From Chrysomallon squamiferum (taxonomy: Eukaryota > Animalia > Mollusca): DNA of 64,000 nucleotides. A program made the translations under genes and the position numbers. Under the pieces are notes generated by a model, which was given only the letters and a program-made list of their open reading frames with translations, did no database searches and was not told where the DNA came from. Location: the NCBI GenBank assembly GCA_012295275.1, contig CM022665.1, forward strand, positions 41,664,001-41,728,000. Reading direction: 5' to 3'. Shown here piece after piece: positions 1 to 14,235 of this stretch (position 1 is its first letter; every line of letters starts with the position of its first letter).

Positions 1-199
1 ATTAAGTGACTTGTGATAACCGTTACGTTATGGAAACCGGAACATGAATAAAGAACTGAATTTCAGAAAAAGTTTTATCACTCTCAGAAAGAAGAAAGTA
101 CAACAAGGGCAGACAACTCACTCACCGGCGAGAAAACCCTGAGTGTAAAAAGAAGGAGGCAAAACTGATATCACTGTTTTGGACAGACTCGCCATAGCA

Positions 200-1020
200 A
201 CCAGAATGAATCACAGAGACAGAAAGACGGACGGACAGATCGACAGATCGACAGACAGACAGACAGACAGAACGATACACACATCATGCATAGAAGCACA
301 AAAACATGCGTGCATATACATACACACACATACACTTAAAAAAACATAGATACAGCTACACATAAATACAAGTACGTAAACACGTAGACGAACACATTCG
401 TACACAAAATACACACACATACAAATACCATGTACATATACAAACCCATAACACGCAGACACACATACAGACATATACGGGTATATAAAAACGTGTACAT
501 GCATATATACATTCACATACATAAAAAGAAACGCACACACGTACATACACACAAACACACTCATATACATGCATAAACAGACACACGTGTACATACACAT
601 ATTTACACAAATATACCTTCATAAACACACCAATATATACAGACACAGAGAGATAATCACATTTACACGAAAAACCAAACAAACAAAAACATAAGAAAAA
701 GACAAAAACAAAAAAACAAAAAAAAACAAACAAACAAACAAAAAAAAAAAAAAAACCCACACATATGCATTCATACATATATAAATATATATTGTAGACA
801 CGCTCATGAACGCACAGAGAAAAAAATATACGTACACACAAACAGTAATACTAAAAATACCGAGTGAAAAACACACATAAGCACATACATACAAACAAAC
901 GCTGGCTGATGGTCTCACACACACAGACACACATAGATGCACGCGCCCTCAGACAAAGACTTTAGGAATATGCATTGAAAACCTAGATAAACTAACCCCC
1001 ACACACGCACACACGCCCAG
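200..1020. repeat. degenerate (CA)/(CATA)/(GACA) low-complexity tract
   Basis: Directly visible; source of the spurious Cys/Val/Tyr/Met ORFs. Confidence 0.85.
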
Positions 1021-2399
1021 ATGTTCTTTTATAATCCTTTATGAATTTATCATCATCTAATGATCTTAAAACACAATTTACATTTGATCTAATGAAATAA
1101 TTTACAGTGTATGTACCCACCCTTTACTTACACTCTTTTTATCCTGTATCATTATATTCTATTACATGCTTGCTATGGCATGTTATAATGCTTGTATTAT
1201 TGTTGCTAATGGAGTTATAAATTATACATACTAATTTCCAGTGCCGTAAAAATCATAAAACATTATTACTAATAGATAATACTCAGATTTAATTATTATA
1301 AGTCAACCAATCACATCACGTAAATTAAGATATGAGGATGAATGGTATTTAATTATTTGTTTTATTCGTTTAATGTTTTTTCTTTCTTTCTTTCTTTCTT
1401 TCTTTTCTCTCTCACCATATTTTAATGTTCGCGTAGCTAATTAAGGTACAGGTTAGGAATATTAAAACCACAATAGAGATTCACACCAAATATTGGTATC
1501 GCAGATAAATATACAATAAAGAGGCAGTAATTCAGCAATACTCTTCAGCCGTTATTACCTTTGGCATATCAAAGGGAGAAGACGACGATTGTTCAAACAA
1601 AGACTTCAAAAGGGAACTGACCGAAACTCTAATTATAAACAGATGGGGGTACCTATCATCTTACTGTTTCAGTGGCGGCGAAATCCACGCGCGACGCGAC
1701 GGCAAACGTTTCCAGCCAATCATTTTGGCGCTTATTAAACAAACACCTTTTTCCCGCTTTCAAGGTAGACAATCGTGTAAGCAAAACTGTTTGTAGTGTG
1801 ATCTCTTTGTCTAACGGTTCTTTCTTCATCATCTTCTTCTTCTTTTTTTTCACATTTTTTTTTTTTTTATTTCTTTTTCTTCTGATGACTGAGTAACATA
1901 TTATTTCTAGAAAGTGGGACGCAAGTAAGCAGAAGTTTAAAAAATGAATTCGTCTTTATGCCTGGCGCGTGACTCACAAGAACAGGGCTGCTTGTAAACT
2001 TGAGCACGTGTTTCTAAGTTTGCAGAAGACGTTCTTCTGTTCTGTTTTGACTCATACTGTAGATAAAAGGTCACTTGTTTATGTTTCTCATCACCGGTAG
2101 CGAACAACTCAATAAATCGTAAATAAATCTTCGCCGTTGTATGTTCTCTGCCCATTAAATCAAATATTTAGATAAGCAAAGCATACCCCGGTGGGATATT
2201 AAAGCGCGCGCGCTGGCACGTGCCGCAATTAACAGTGTATTGTGGATTATAACACAACTGAAAACGGGCTTTGACAGAAGGTCTTCAAGAGGCTCGTTAC
2301 GGCAATAACAACACCGGCTGAGCAAATTGGCCGACTGTGATTAAAGTAGCTACAAGTGATTAAGATGTTTATCTCGCGTGTTATCATACCGGACTTTTA

Positions 2400-2620
2400 T
2401 AGCCTTAATAGTCTGCGGTGGTTAAACTGTCGCCTTCAGACCGAAACGTAATAGGATCGTGTCCTTGTATCAGTTCGTGCTTTTCCAGACTCTATAGCTT
2501 CCTTTTCATGTTTATCCAGAATCTGCAGAGGAAGGTTACAGTCACTATCCCTTCCTTTTTCTCTCTCTAACTAATATTCTATCGCCTGATGTCACAGCCT
2601 TGATTGAAGGCATGTATAAA
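2400..2620 (+). mobile_element. degraded tRNA-head SINE-like element
   Basis: tRNA-like GGTGGTTAAAC...GGATCG head followed by CACTATCCCTTCC..CTCTCTCTAACTAA; resembles (from memory) a gastropod SINE; highly decayed. Confidence 0.35.
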
Positions 2621-2812
2621 ATGTTTTATTGTCTGTAGTAGATTCGATAGTAGAGCACTGGGATCTGATCTCAGGGTCTTCTCCTTCGCTATCATCTTAC
2701 TTATGTTTTCTGTCTATATCAGAAACTTACTAGAACTGTGGTAAAATTTAATTATCAGATAATATAAAATTATTAAAATAATATTATAAATAAAATTAAT
2801 AAAAATAAATGA

Positions 2813-2975
2813 GTTAAAATTAAAATTAAAATTAAAATTAAAATTAAAAATTAAAATTAAAATTAAAATTAAAATTAAAATTAAAATTAAAATTAAAATT
2901 AAAATAGAAATAAAATAAAATAAATTAAAATAAAATAAATTAAAATAAATTAAAATTAAATTCATTTAAATTCAT
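2813..2975. repeat. (TTAAAA)n / (TAAAA)n array
   Basis: Directly visible hexamer and pentamer repeats. Confidence 0.9.
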
Positions 2976-4759
2976 TTATCAAACAAAAAAAACTTATATT
3001 CATTCATTCTAGCATAATTATAACCTCTGTTATAAGTTGACCAATAGGCAACGAGATCCTATCTTGTTATTCGCTCTTACTCGGAGTTAATTAAAACTGC
3101 GTGAAACAGCTGAAATCATTTCTTTTTTATGAGCCTTTTTGACAGACGACCGAGCCTTCTAATCCTCACCTAGCGTGTTTTCACTGGCGTGCATCGCTGT
3201 TAGATGAATAAAATTACGAAAATATTCTTTTTAGATTGATTTTATCGTTAATGTTCGTAATCGACCTTTGCAGTGAACTTGTCAAGTACGGTCTTAATTT
3301 CACTGCTAAGTGAGGAAGTGAAAGTGTGTTTTTTTTTTTCTTACTAATTAAACCTAGCAAAGTGAACTTTGTTCCCTGTACTAGACTATACGCCCCTGAA
3401 TAGCACATTCGAACCAAAGATCGACCTGAATGAAGTACAGAATGTTGTTTATATTAGGCTGACGTTTGAAATGCTTAAATATATCAATTAAATGATGACA
3501 AATAAATAAATAATTAAATACATATATCAAATATAAAAGATAATGTAATACCAAAATATTAAATCAGCTAATTAATAAACAAATACAATAAATGATTAAC
3601 AAATAATAATAACAACAACAACAACAAATATAATAAATAAATAAATAAATAAATTAATTAATTAATAAATATTAATCTACGAACCTTTCACTTTTTAATA
3701 ACAACAACAACAGCAGCAGCAACAACAACAACAACAACTATTGATTTAACAATCTTACATTTCAAAAATAGCATTAGGATTTTCATCGTTTGACTTTTTC
3801 CTTTGTTAAAACCTGTCGACTTAGAACGACCTTCTTCTTGTGAAGGTCACTATTTGTTTGAATTCGTCGCTTGTTCCAGTTCTGGTGTCGTCTGCAGCTT
3901 CTGTATAAGTGCAAATTGCTTTCAGATTTGATTGGTTGTTTTTGTGACTTTTGTTTTGTACTTTAATATCATGTCATGTTTATTAATCTGTGTTGTAAGC
4001 GGCTATGTTATATTTCAATAAATTAAAAATTATTGCTCGGTTTGTTGTTCTTTTTCTTTCAAGGAAATGCATATACATGTTTTCATTCTTAAATGATCAT
4101 TTTGCAAGATTATCTGCTATTTTAATAAAATTAAAATTATGTTTGATGAAAAAAAAATTGATAGCACAAATGAAAATAAATGACAAAACAAGTCTCAGCA
4201 ACTTTGCAATCTTCAAAAATTATTAAAATAATAATAATAATAATTATTATTATTATAATTATTATAATAACAAAATTAATAAAACAAAACAAAACAGATA
4301 AAATAAAATGAATTAAAGAAGAAGAAAAAATAATTAATAAATCAATAATAATGATGATGATGCAGAGGATGATAATAATAACTATTACTATTATTAAGAA
4401 ACAATAATATATATATATATAAAAATTTTTAAAAAAATAAAATAAAATAAAAGAACACACCATCTATGTAAGCATTTGAAATCCGAATACTAAATAAAGA
4501 CAAAAAATAAAAAATTCTATTCGTTATCAGTCAGCCATTTTGAAAATGATTAACTCAATAATGACTGTGAGATTGTGTTACTAGTTCAGGATATCGCACT
4601 CGGATACAAAACATTAACCACATGACATTCGATACCTAAAGATAAATATATTAATATTTATATTCAGATGACAGTAGGTAATTAAATATCGTGGATTAAG
4701 ACTATTTTCGATGGATTACCAAAAACAAAACATTACATTATAACTGAAAATAATTTTAT

Positions 4760-4761
4760 AC

Positions 4762-4796
<35 letters not shown>

Positions 4797-4798
4797 TG

Positions 4799-4832
<34 letters not shown>

Positions 4833-5027
4833 TGTATGTATGTATGTATATGTATGTATGTATGTATGTATGTATATATGTATTTATGTATGTGTTCGTG
4901 TGGGTTGTATGTATATAAATATAATACTGAATGTGAAAAAGAAAAATTGTAAAGAAAGATAAAATACAATGATATTACAGGCTTTTTATGCCAGTGAATG
5001 TGTATATATATGTGTACATGTATACAG

Positions 5028-5110
<83 letters not shown>
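4760..5110. repeat. (TATG)n followed by (GA)n microsatellites
   Basis: Directly visible. Confidence 0.95.
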
Positions 5111-5112
<2 letters not shown>

Positions 5113-5795
5113 CTCTACGCTGGCTATAAGGAATCTATCTACGAACATACAGATCATTATTAAATTTAATGACATGACCACAACTACGTCGTGACCGAGG
5201 TTATTTCGTGTCAAGTAGTTCGTGTCTCATCTACTTAAAAGCTCTTTCGAACCAAATTATAATCTTTTTTTAAAATTAGAAACCCTGCCAATCTGTCTTA
5301 ATAAGCTTCCGCAGTACGTCTCATAAGTTTCACGGTGCCATAGCTAATACATTTTCACACATCACAATTAATACGCTTTCCCACATCGAGGTTTATAAGC
5401 TTTTGCGCATGTCACGTGACACCACATGTCAGTCATGTTTTTAAGCAGATCAGTTTCGTTTCTTTGATCATGGCGACCGGACAACGCCCTTAATTTAGTC
5501 ACTAGAGGTTATTTTGTTATTTCTTTTAAAAAACGTGATGCCAGATGTATTTTTCATAAAATGATAGGTATTGGTAATAGTAAAAATATATTTTTCATTT
5601 GTAATAAATAAATAAATATTATAATATATAAATAAAAACTAATTAGAATAAACAAAATAATGATTAATAGTAATATAAAATTAAATTTTAGAAAAATAAA
5701 TAAATATTTTGTCGAAATAAAATTAACATGACAACAAATGCTAACTAATGCAGTGCGTCAAGAATAAGAAAACAGCAACAATAAAAGAAAAAAGG

Positions 5796-5850
<55 letters not shown>

Positions 5851-6395
5851 TAAACAAAACGAAAGATGGATTAGTAAACGCACAAAAAATGTAATAATGG
5901 ATTAAGGGAGATAATTATTGCGTGAGGATGTCAGATCATTTCTGCAATCCTCTTATCGAGACTATTCTCATTAGTTGAAGATCGCATCTAATACTGACAA
6001 TAATCCAAAATGGCGTTTGATTAGGATTTTATTTTCTTGATTTTTTTTCTTTCACACTTATTATTATTATTATTATTATTTTTTTTTTTTTTATTATTTG
6101 TTGGTTGAGTTTGTATGTTTGCTTATTTGTTTGTTCGTTTTTTGTTCTTAAATTTATTTTTACCGAAGATAAATCAAGTATCCTTATAAAATGTATTTAT
6201 ATTTCTGGTAAATATGCATGTATGTAAATATATATATAGGCATCCATCATATGCATCCATTTTTCTGATTCGTTATCCATCCATACATCTTTACTTTTCA
6301 GTTTTCTTCATATCTGCTCATTTAAATACCTATCTGTATGTCTGCCAGTCTGTTTATCTATATAATTATGTCAGCTAATCAATATGTATGTTTAT

Positions 6396-6438
<43 letters not shown>

Positions 6439-6822
6439 TATCATATATAAATATTATATACAAAACAGTTCAGAAAGGTCACGGGTTTCTTGCCACTTTT
6501 ATACATGGCACGCGCAGTAACCGAATTTTAAATATGTGTATGTCCTTGCCAAGTGTGTCAGATAGGGGAAAAAAACAACAGTTTTGGAAGCTGACAGTTC
6601 TGATTATATTAATGTTACGGATTTAATTATAGACCTTCACGTGTCTTTTTTTTTTACGTTAGTATAATTTTGCTGATCTGGCCTGCTCGATATGACTGTT
6701 TGTATTTTCAAAGGGTATGGTATATATTATCCTTTCTATGGGAAGGTATAATATTCCAAATCAGTACTGTGCTTTTGAGTAAATATTCTTCTTTCATAAA
6801 CAGCAGCAACAAGAACAATCAA

Positions 6823-6890
<68 letters not shown>

Positions 6891-6982
6891 TAATAATAAT
6901 AATCATCATCATCATAGTCATCATCATCATATTAATAATAATAATAATAGTGTCTTTTTTCTGATCTAATAAAGAACCTTCA

Positions 6983-7082
<100 letters not shown>

Positions 7083-7420
7083 ACACACACATTTTAAAAA
7101 TGTATTCAAGGTTTTTCTAACTGGCGCGATTGAATGAATGCCAGAAAATGGGTTGTAATCATTATCAAGAAATTAATTTTATCATAATGTAAAACAAAGA
7201 GACAAAAAACTAAAAACCATTGTAAAAAAAAAAAAAAATAATAAAAAAAAAAAAAATAATAATAATAATAATAATAATACAAAATAATAAATAAATAAAT
7301 CAAAAACAAAACAAAATAATAATAAAAAAAAAAAAAAAAAATAAAAAAACTAAGCTACACTAAAATAAATAAATAAATAAATAAATAAAAAAAAATAAAA
7401 ATAAAAAATAAATAAATAAA

Positions 7421-7478
<58 letters not shown>

Positions 7479-8563
7479 AAAAAATATAATAAAATACAAA
7501 CAAAAAGTAAATAAATAAATAAAATAAAATAAAATAAAATAAAATAATAAAAAATAAAAAATAAAAATAAAATAAAATAAAATAAAATAAAAATAATGTC
7601 GACTGGTTAAAAACTGAATGCTAGTATTAAGCTGCAACGTACAAAAACGTAGCACGTTTCTGCTGAACAAGACGTAAGAAGTAAGAAATACCAGGGAGTC
7701 AACCTAGGTCATTTATATTCACTTCATTCTCTCAGTATTTAATATTTAGTGGTGTCCGATTTCGGCTTGATAAAGAACAAGACAAATGTCAAAAGGTACA
7801 TGTGTCCCACAAATAGAAAGAGATAACTGAGAACACAGAAATTCTTCACAATGTGCCAAATGTAAAGTGCATCAAGTATTTTAAGAAAATGCTGAACTTG
7901 TGCGGAAAATTATTGTGTTTAACCACAAAAATATGCAATTTTTTTTTTTCCCGTTCATTCCATACTTGAATGCTGACATCACCTTTGTGAGAACTTTGCG
8001 AGTCGTATGGGATGGGTTTTTTTTATTTTTTTTTATTAGAGAACGATTTTTAAAAATGTTGTTACCATGTTGAATTTATTTTAATAAAATTTTGAAAGAA
8101 ATATAATTTTTTAATAGAATAAAGATGGGGGTGTTATTTATTTTAAAACATTATCTTTATTTCTTTAATATGGTCCTCTTAATTATGACAAGAAGCGTGC
8201 AATTTCTTTCCGTCTGTCTGTCAGTTCGATTATCTCAGTTTCCGTATGTGTAAGAATGTAAGTGGTTGTGAGTGTGTGTCTGTGTATGTGGTAACAACAA
8301 TTTAGGTTTTGTAAAGTCTCTATATATTTGTGTGTGGGTGTGTATGCATCTATGTCTGTATGTATATTTGCATGCATGAATGATTGTATGTATGTATGTA
8401 TGTATGTATGTATGTATGTTTGTATGTATGTATGTATGTATGTATGTATGTATGTATGTATGTATGTATGTATGTATGTATGTATGTATGTATCTGCGAC
8501 TCAATTTCAGATCTCCTCTTTTGTTTATTTTAATATGTGTGTGTGTGTGTGTGCGCGTATGTG

Positions 8564-8616
<53 letters not shown>

Positions 8617-9356
8617 ATGCGTGCGAACTAGAAACCAGGTCTTGGAATAACGATATTTACAACTTTAAATTCGTTCAAAATATTCATAAACCTACGTTCT
8701 TCCATTTGCAAAGCTGTCATCACGAGAGAACAATTTCCACATTAAAACGCAGTTAACTGTCGCCATGCATTCACACTTACTGCAACTCACCAGCCAAAGC
8801 GTACATAATAAAAAAACAAGTTTAAATAAATTAGACTTAGTTAATGGGCATCCATAAACGTCAAACCACGGTAAACACAAAATGAAACATTCAACCACTG
8901 TTCATGAAACAAATACTGCGTCAGTAGTAAGTAGTAGACCCATGCAGAGGCCAGTTTCCGACCTGAAAGATTTTTTTTTTTTTTTTTTTTTTTTTCAGGG
9001 GAAGGTGTTATTGTGTTTTTCATTAGAAAAAACGTTTCAAAACAAACATGAGATACCGTTATTATAGTCACATTTCCATTACAAAATGAACGTGCATGCA
9101 TGCATGCATGCATTATGTATGTATGTATATGTATGAATATTGTTATTTTTTTTATATATATATTTATTATAGGTATTGTTATTGTTGATGCTGCTACTGC
9201 TTTTGCTGGTATTGTTATGTTTAGTATTGTTAGAATGAATGTTATTGTTAGGTATTATTACTGTTACTATTACCGCTGTTGTAATTGTTGTTATTGCTGC
9301 TGCTGTTGTTGCTGTTATTACTTTATTAATATTATTATATCATCATAATCATCATC

Positions 9357-9412
<56 letters not shown>

Positions 9413-9787
9413 AATTATTATTATTACTGCTTAAATATTGAACGTCTTTCATAATTTCAGAAAAGGATTTCTGTACACCTACAGTTTTATATTCTGTGGA
9501 TTTCTCATATTACATACATAATGCTAGACTTTATTGCTCTGTCTTCCTCCCGCCCCTACTCCCCACCCCTTCAAAAATTCCCTCAATTCCAGTCACGTGA
9601 TGTCGTAACGTGACAATTATGGAGTGCCAAATATGTGAATGGCCAATTTCTCACCATTCGACGTAGATAATGTTGAAAATGAACAACTTCTTTCAGGAAT
9701 GTCTTGCTAGACGCTGCCAAGAATTCTTTCTTTTCATAATATTCTTGCCAGATATTTTTATTATGTTTACACTGTTATAAATTGTAT

Positions 9788-10035
9788 GTGTCAGTCTGCA
9801 TATATTTGAGTGTCAATCTGCATAAATTATAAGTGTCAATCATAGTCAAACATTAGTGTCAGTCTGCATATATCACGAGTGTCGGTACGCATACATTATA
9901 AGTATCAGTCTGTCTATATTATTAGTATAAATAATAATGAACTATTAGTTTCATTCTGCCTACATTACGAGTGTCAGAATGCATATATTATAAGTGTCAA
10001 TGTGAATAAATTATTGGGGTCAGTCAGCATACATT
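9788..10035. repeat. 23-bp minisatellite, about 11 diverged copies
   Basis: Consensus GTGTCAGTCTGCATATATTATAA; the period is held at 23 even in highly diverged units. Confidence 0.85.
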
Positions 10036-10770
10036 GACTCTTTTAATCTCATCTTCGATTTAACTAACGTGCTTTGTTTTGTTTTTTACAAATTTTGCTT
10101 ATCGAGAACGCCTTTGTTTTGACGTATGTTCTGAAATGGTAATCACAAACTTAAGCTGAAAAATATTTAACAGATTACTTTAGTTTTAATAAGAGGAACA
10201 AAAATATCTGGTGCTTTGTTTGAAGAGTTAGGTAATGTTCGTTTAGCCAAACGGTTAGAGCGATGTTATCGACGTAGTTTTATTGAATCGTTTGGAGAAG
10301 ATGACTTCTTTCTGACGTTCAAAAATTAATGATTGTTAAACTTAGCAAATGTAATATAATGTATAATTTACTAATTACATAATAATGCTACAATGTACCA
10401 ATATTATTTATATAATTTGTATATATTATTATTTTATTTTTTTTAAAAGAGAACGAAAGAAGAATAAAATAAAAATAGCTGGAAGGAAGAAAAAAGTCTT
10501 CATAATCTATTTATTTATTCGATGAAAGCTGACTGTTCGATAAAATTGATTTAATTTTTTTTTCTTTTTTTTTTTTTTTTTTCGTTTATCATTTATGTAT
10601 TTTTATCGACAAAAAAATCATTTTTTTCTTCTCTAGACTTTCACATTTTTTAAGTTCGTAATAGTTTTTAAAATATATAAGCAATTAATTAATTAATCAA
10701 TCAAAATAAACAGTAATATTCTATAATATATCAATTTTCACTATAATCTACCAAAACTACTTTAATGACA

Positions 10771-10830
<60 letters not shown>

Positions 10831-11483
10831 GAAAGAAAGAAAGAAAGAAAGGAAAAAAAAGAAAAAGAATACGATATAAACAACCACCACCTTACAATAA
10901 TAAATAAATAAACGAAATAAAACAAAAAAATTAAGACATAAACAACCCCAACCCTATTCCCTGGCGCGGGTCCGCCCTTGGTCTTCGACTGGCATTCGGA
11001 ACATGTTTATTATGTCGCAGACAAAGAGTACTGCAACACGGTGCGAAGTTCTCGCGTCTGGTCTGCACTTATCGCCATCCGCTCTCGGAAACCTCATGAC
11101 TAAGTTACTATTTTAAACAATTTAGCTGCCACGTTGCAATTTTGGCGTGTATCCAACAATGATGTCAACTTAGGAGATTACCGTGGTAACGCGTCCAACG
11201 GTGCCTACGCCCCGCGCACGTAAACTCCGCGCGCGCGCTCTCTACTCGCTACTGATTACACAACGGATGAGCGCGCCACTGCTTCTGTAACCCATTGACC
11301 TTGATTTGTCTTAATTATCGATTGACACAGATTTACGTCTGATGCAATGTGGCAAGTCCAGTCATTTTCGTAATCGCAGCGCAGTCGACAAAATACAGGT
11401 GGATTACTTCTTTATTTATTTATTTATTATTATTTTTCTTTCTTTCTTTCTTTCTTTCTTTCTTTTCATACTGCTTTTCTAAG

Positions 11484-11670
11484 AGGCAAGATGGTTAGAT
11501 CGTTTGTCCAGAGGTACGATGAACTGTAGGATTTTAATACATCGTTTTAAAAAAAATTTCCCGTTCAAGCCAGAACCCCTATGAATGGATCATCAGTAAT
11601 ATTATTATGTGTTTTCCTGTCGCTTATAAAAGATTCCTTGCTGTTAATGAGTATTAGAGACACGTAGTAA
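11484..11670 (+). mobile_element. degraded SINE-like repeat, family A copy 1
   Basis: Shares ATTTCCCGTTC(A/C)A..CAG and TATAAAAGAT(T/C)C blocks with copies at ~22.9 kb and ~57.5 kb; preceded by a TGGTTAGA..GGAT tRNA-like head. Confidence 0.5.
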
Positions 11671-12112
11671 GACTGCAGAAAGTTACATATCTCACATTCT
11701 CAAAAAAAAAAAAAAGAAACCAACATAAATTTAAAAGTGATTGAGGTATTGTTGCTAAATAGCCGAATATTTTTCATTTGTCAAACAAGAATAATTATAC
11801 ATATAAAAAATATTACGGTACTGATATCAAATATTGATGTGATTTAGGCTACAAAAGATTTTAAGATTTAAACGTTTTATTTATTTATAACTCGAACAGA
11901 CCACATACTTCTACTTCAGTGTATTTTTCAACGAAATTTTTGACAAATACGATAATTTGGAAAAAAAACCATGTATGTGATGACATAATAATAGTAATAA
12001 TAATAATAACAATAATAACAACAACAACAACAAAATAACAATAATAGTAATGATATATTATTATTATTATTATTATTATTATTGTTGTTGTTGTTGTTAT
12101 TATTATTATATC

Positions 12113-12172
<60 letters not shown>

Positions 12173-12604
12173 TCTGTTTACTAAATACTTATTGAACTTT
12201 CACCTTTTATACATAATATAGGTAAGTATATGTAGTTTTTTAAACCCTGTAATCAAACTCAGATTACTAAATAACATAATCCGGATTATGTGGTTGAAAA
12301 GAATGAAAGAATCTACGATTTCAAGTCACCGTGTCGCAGATTTCATCACGGTTCAGTCTGCTGTTATTACTGTTTCTAAGACACATTTTTCTTCCGCACT
12401 CTTTACCCGTGCTCACCAATTTATTTTTAATTACCAGTATAAAAGAATGCTAATAAATAATTCATACTTCGCAATAAGAGACGACAAGACAATATTTATT
12501 AAACAGGTGACAACAAACGTATTTCTAAAAACTGGAGTAAATACGTTCTGTTGTGTAGCAGTAGAAAATGTGTTACAATTTCTGAAAAGGTCACACGCTT
12601 TTCA

Positions 12605-12648
<44 letters not shown>

Positions 12649-12923
12649 ATATTACTATTACTACTACTACTACTACTACAACTACTACCGCCACTACTAC
12701 TACTACTACTATTACTACAATTACTACTACTACTATTACTACAATTACTACTACTACTATTACTACTACTATAACTACTACCACCACTACTGCTGCTACT
12801 ACTACTATTACTACTACTACTACTACTGCTACTATTAATAATAACTACAACAACAAAAACAGTAATAATAATAATAATAACATCAACGACAATAATAACA
12901 ATAACAACAACGGTAATAACAGC

Positions 12924-12977
<54 letters not shown>

Positions 12978-13026
12978 GTAATAATAATAATAATAATAAT
13001 AATTTTTTTTTTTTTTTTTTTTTTTT
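12605..13026. repeat. compound (ACT)n-(AAT/AAC)n-poly(T) microsatellite
   Basis: Directly visible; explains the poly-Thr/Asn/Ile ORF. Confidence 0.95.
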
Positions 13027-13456
13027 CTGTTGTAATTTCAGACAGTTGAATAAAGGTGTAAAGAAAGAAGGAAAGAATGGAAAAATGATTAAAAAATCAA
13101 AATGAAGGAAAGGACGAACGAACAAAAGAAAAATGGAAAAATGAACAAAAGACATAGATTACAAGGAAAGAATGCATGGATTAAATAAAAAAAAAAAAAG
13201 GTAAAAAAAAAAGACCAAAAAAAAAAAAAAAAAAAAAAAAATAAAATAAAATAAAAAAAAATAAAAAAATAACAAATAAAGTAAACAAAGAAATAAAGAA
13301 AAATAGAATAAAATAAAACAATTAACAGTTAGTAGTAATAAACTTGTACCACTGATACTAATGTGGATGTGTGTATCTCCATTTCTTGAAATTCTGATCC
13401 ACTCTTGCATTCGGTTCGAAAAACCTTGAATAAAATTGGACATTTTAAAATGTGTG

Positions 13457-13520
<64 letters not shown>

Positions 13521-14202
13521 AGTAACATTAAAATTGATTCTCTTATATATATATATATATATATATATAAACAAAAACAAAAATGTATTTAGTTGACGTT
13601 ATGAACTGAATGAGAAATAATCACCGGAAGTGAACAATTAATGAGTAAACAGTAATGCGTAATTAACTTGCGGCTGTGAATTCGTGCACCGTGACGTCAC
13701 CCCATTTGTGTATTGTTTACGGAAATGTAGCGACTCTACAATGTGAAACTTCTGTAAGTAGAACTTTCACAAACAGTGAATCATTCACATTTTAGCACAC
13801 ACACACACACACACACACCATACAAAATAAATAAGCAACACACACGTTATTGTACATACTCACAAGCACGCGCTCCCCCACACACCCAAACCAAACACGC
13901 AGTTATGAAAAAAAAAAAAAAAAAAAATACAATTTCGTTTGCCATCCTTACGAATAAAAGTAAAATAAAAAGAATAACATTAATTCATACAAAAAAAAAT
14001 TGGTGTTAAATGCTTAACAAAAATTTCAATAGTTAAATGCTGTTTGAAGACTATGAAAGTTTTAATAATCAAATGGTATTTACAAAACACATGGCCTAAA
14101 ACTATTATTAAAAAATAAATAAATAATTTCCACTCACTCAAGAATCAATTACGATCATAATAAGTGTTTATATTATCGAAAATGATCTGCATTTACTTCT
14201 AA

Positions 14203-14235
<33 letters not shown>

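Noticed and set aside
211-942. Overlapping Cys/Val/Tyr/Met-rich ORFs (and similar ORFs across the window)
   Set aside because: Derived from (CA)/(TATG)/(GA)/(AAT) repeats that lack stops in some frames.
3812-3900. Possible minus-strand exon (atacag|...CAG|gtttta)
   Set aside because: Weak donor and polypyrimidine tract; the only open frame is unrecognisable.
12288-13049. 253-aa Thr/Asn/Ile-rich mucin-like ORF
   Set aside because: Frame held open by (ACT)n, (AAT)n and poly-T microsatellites; no convincing splice context or recognisable domain.
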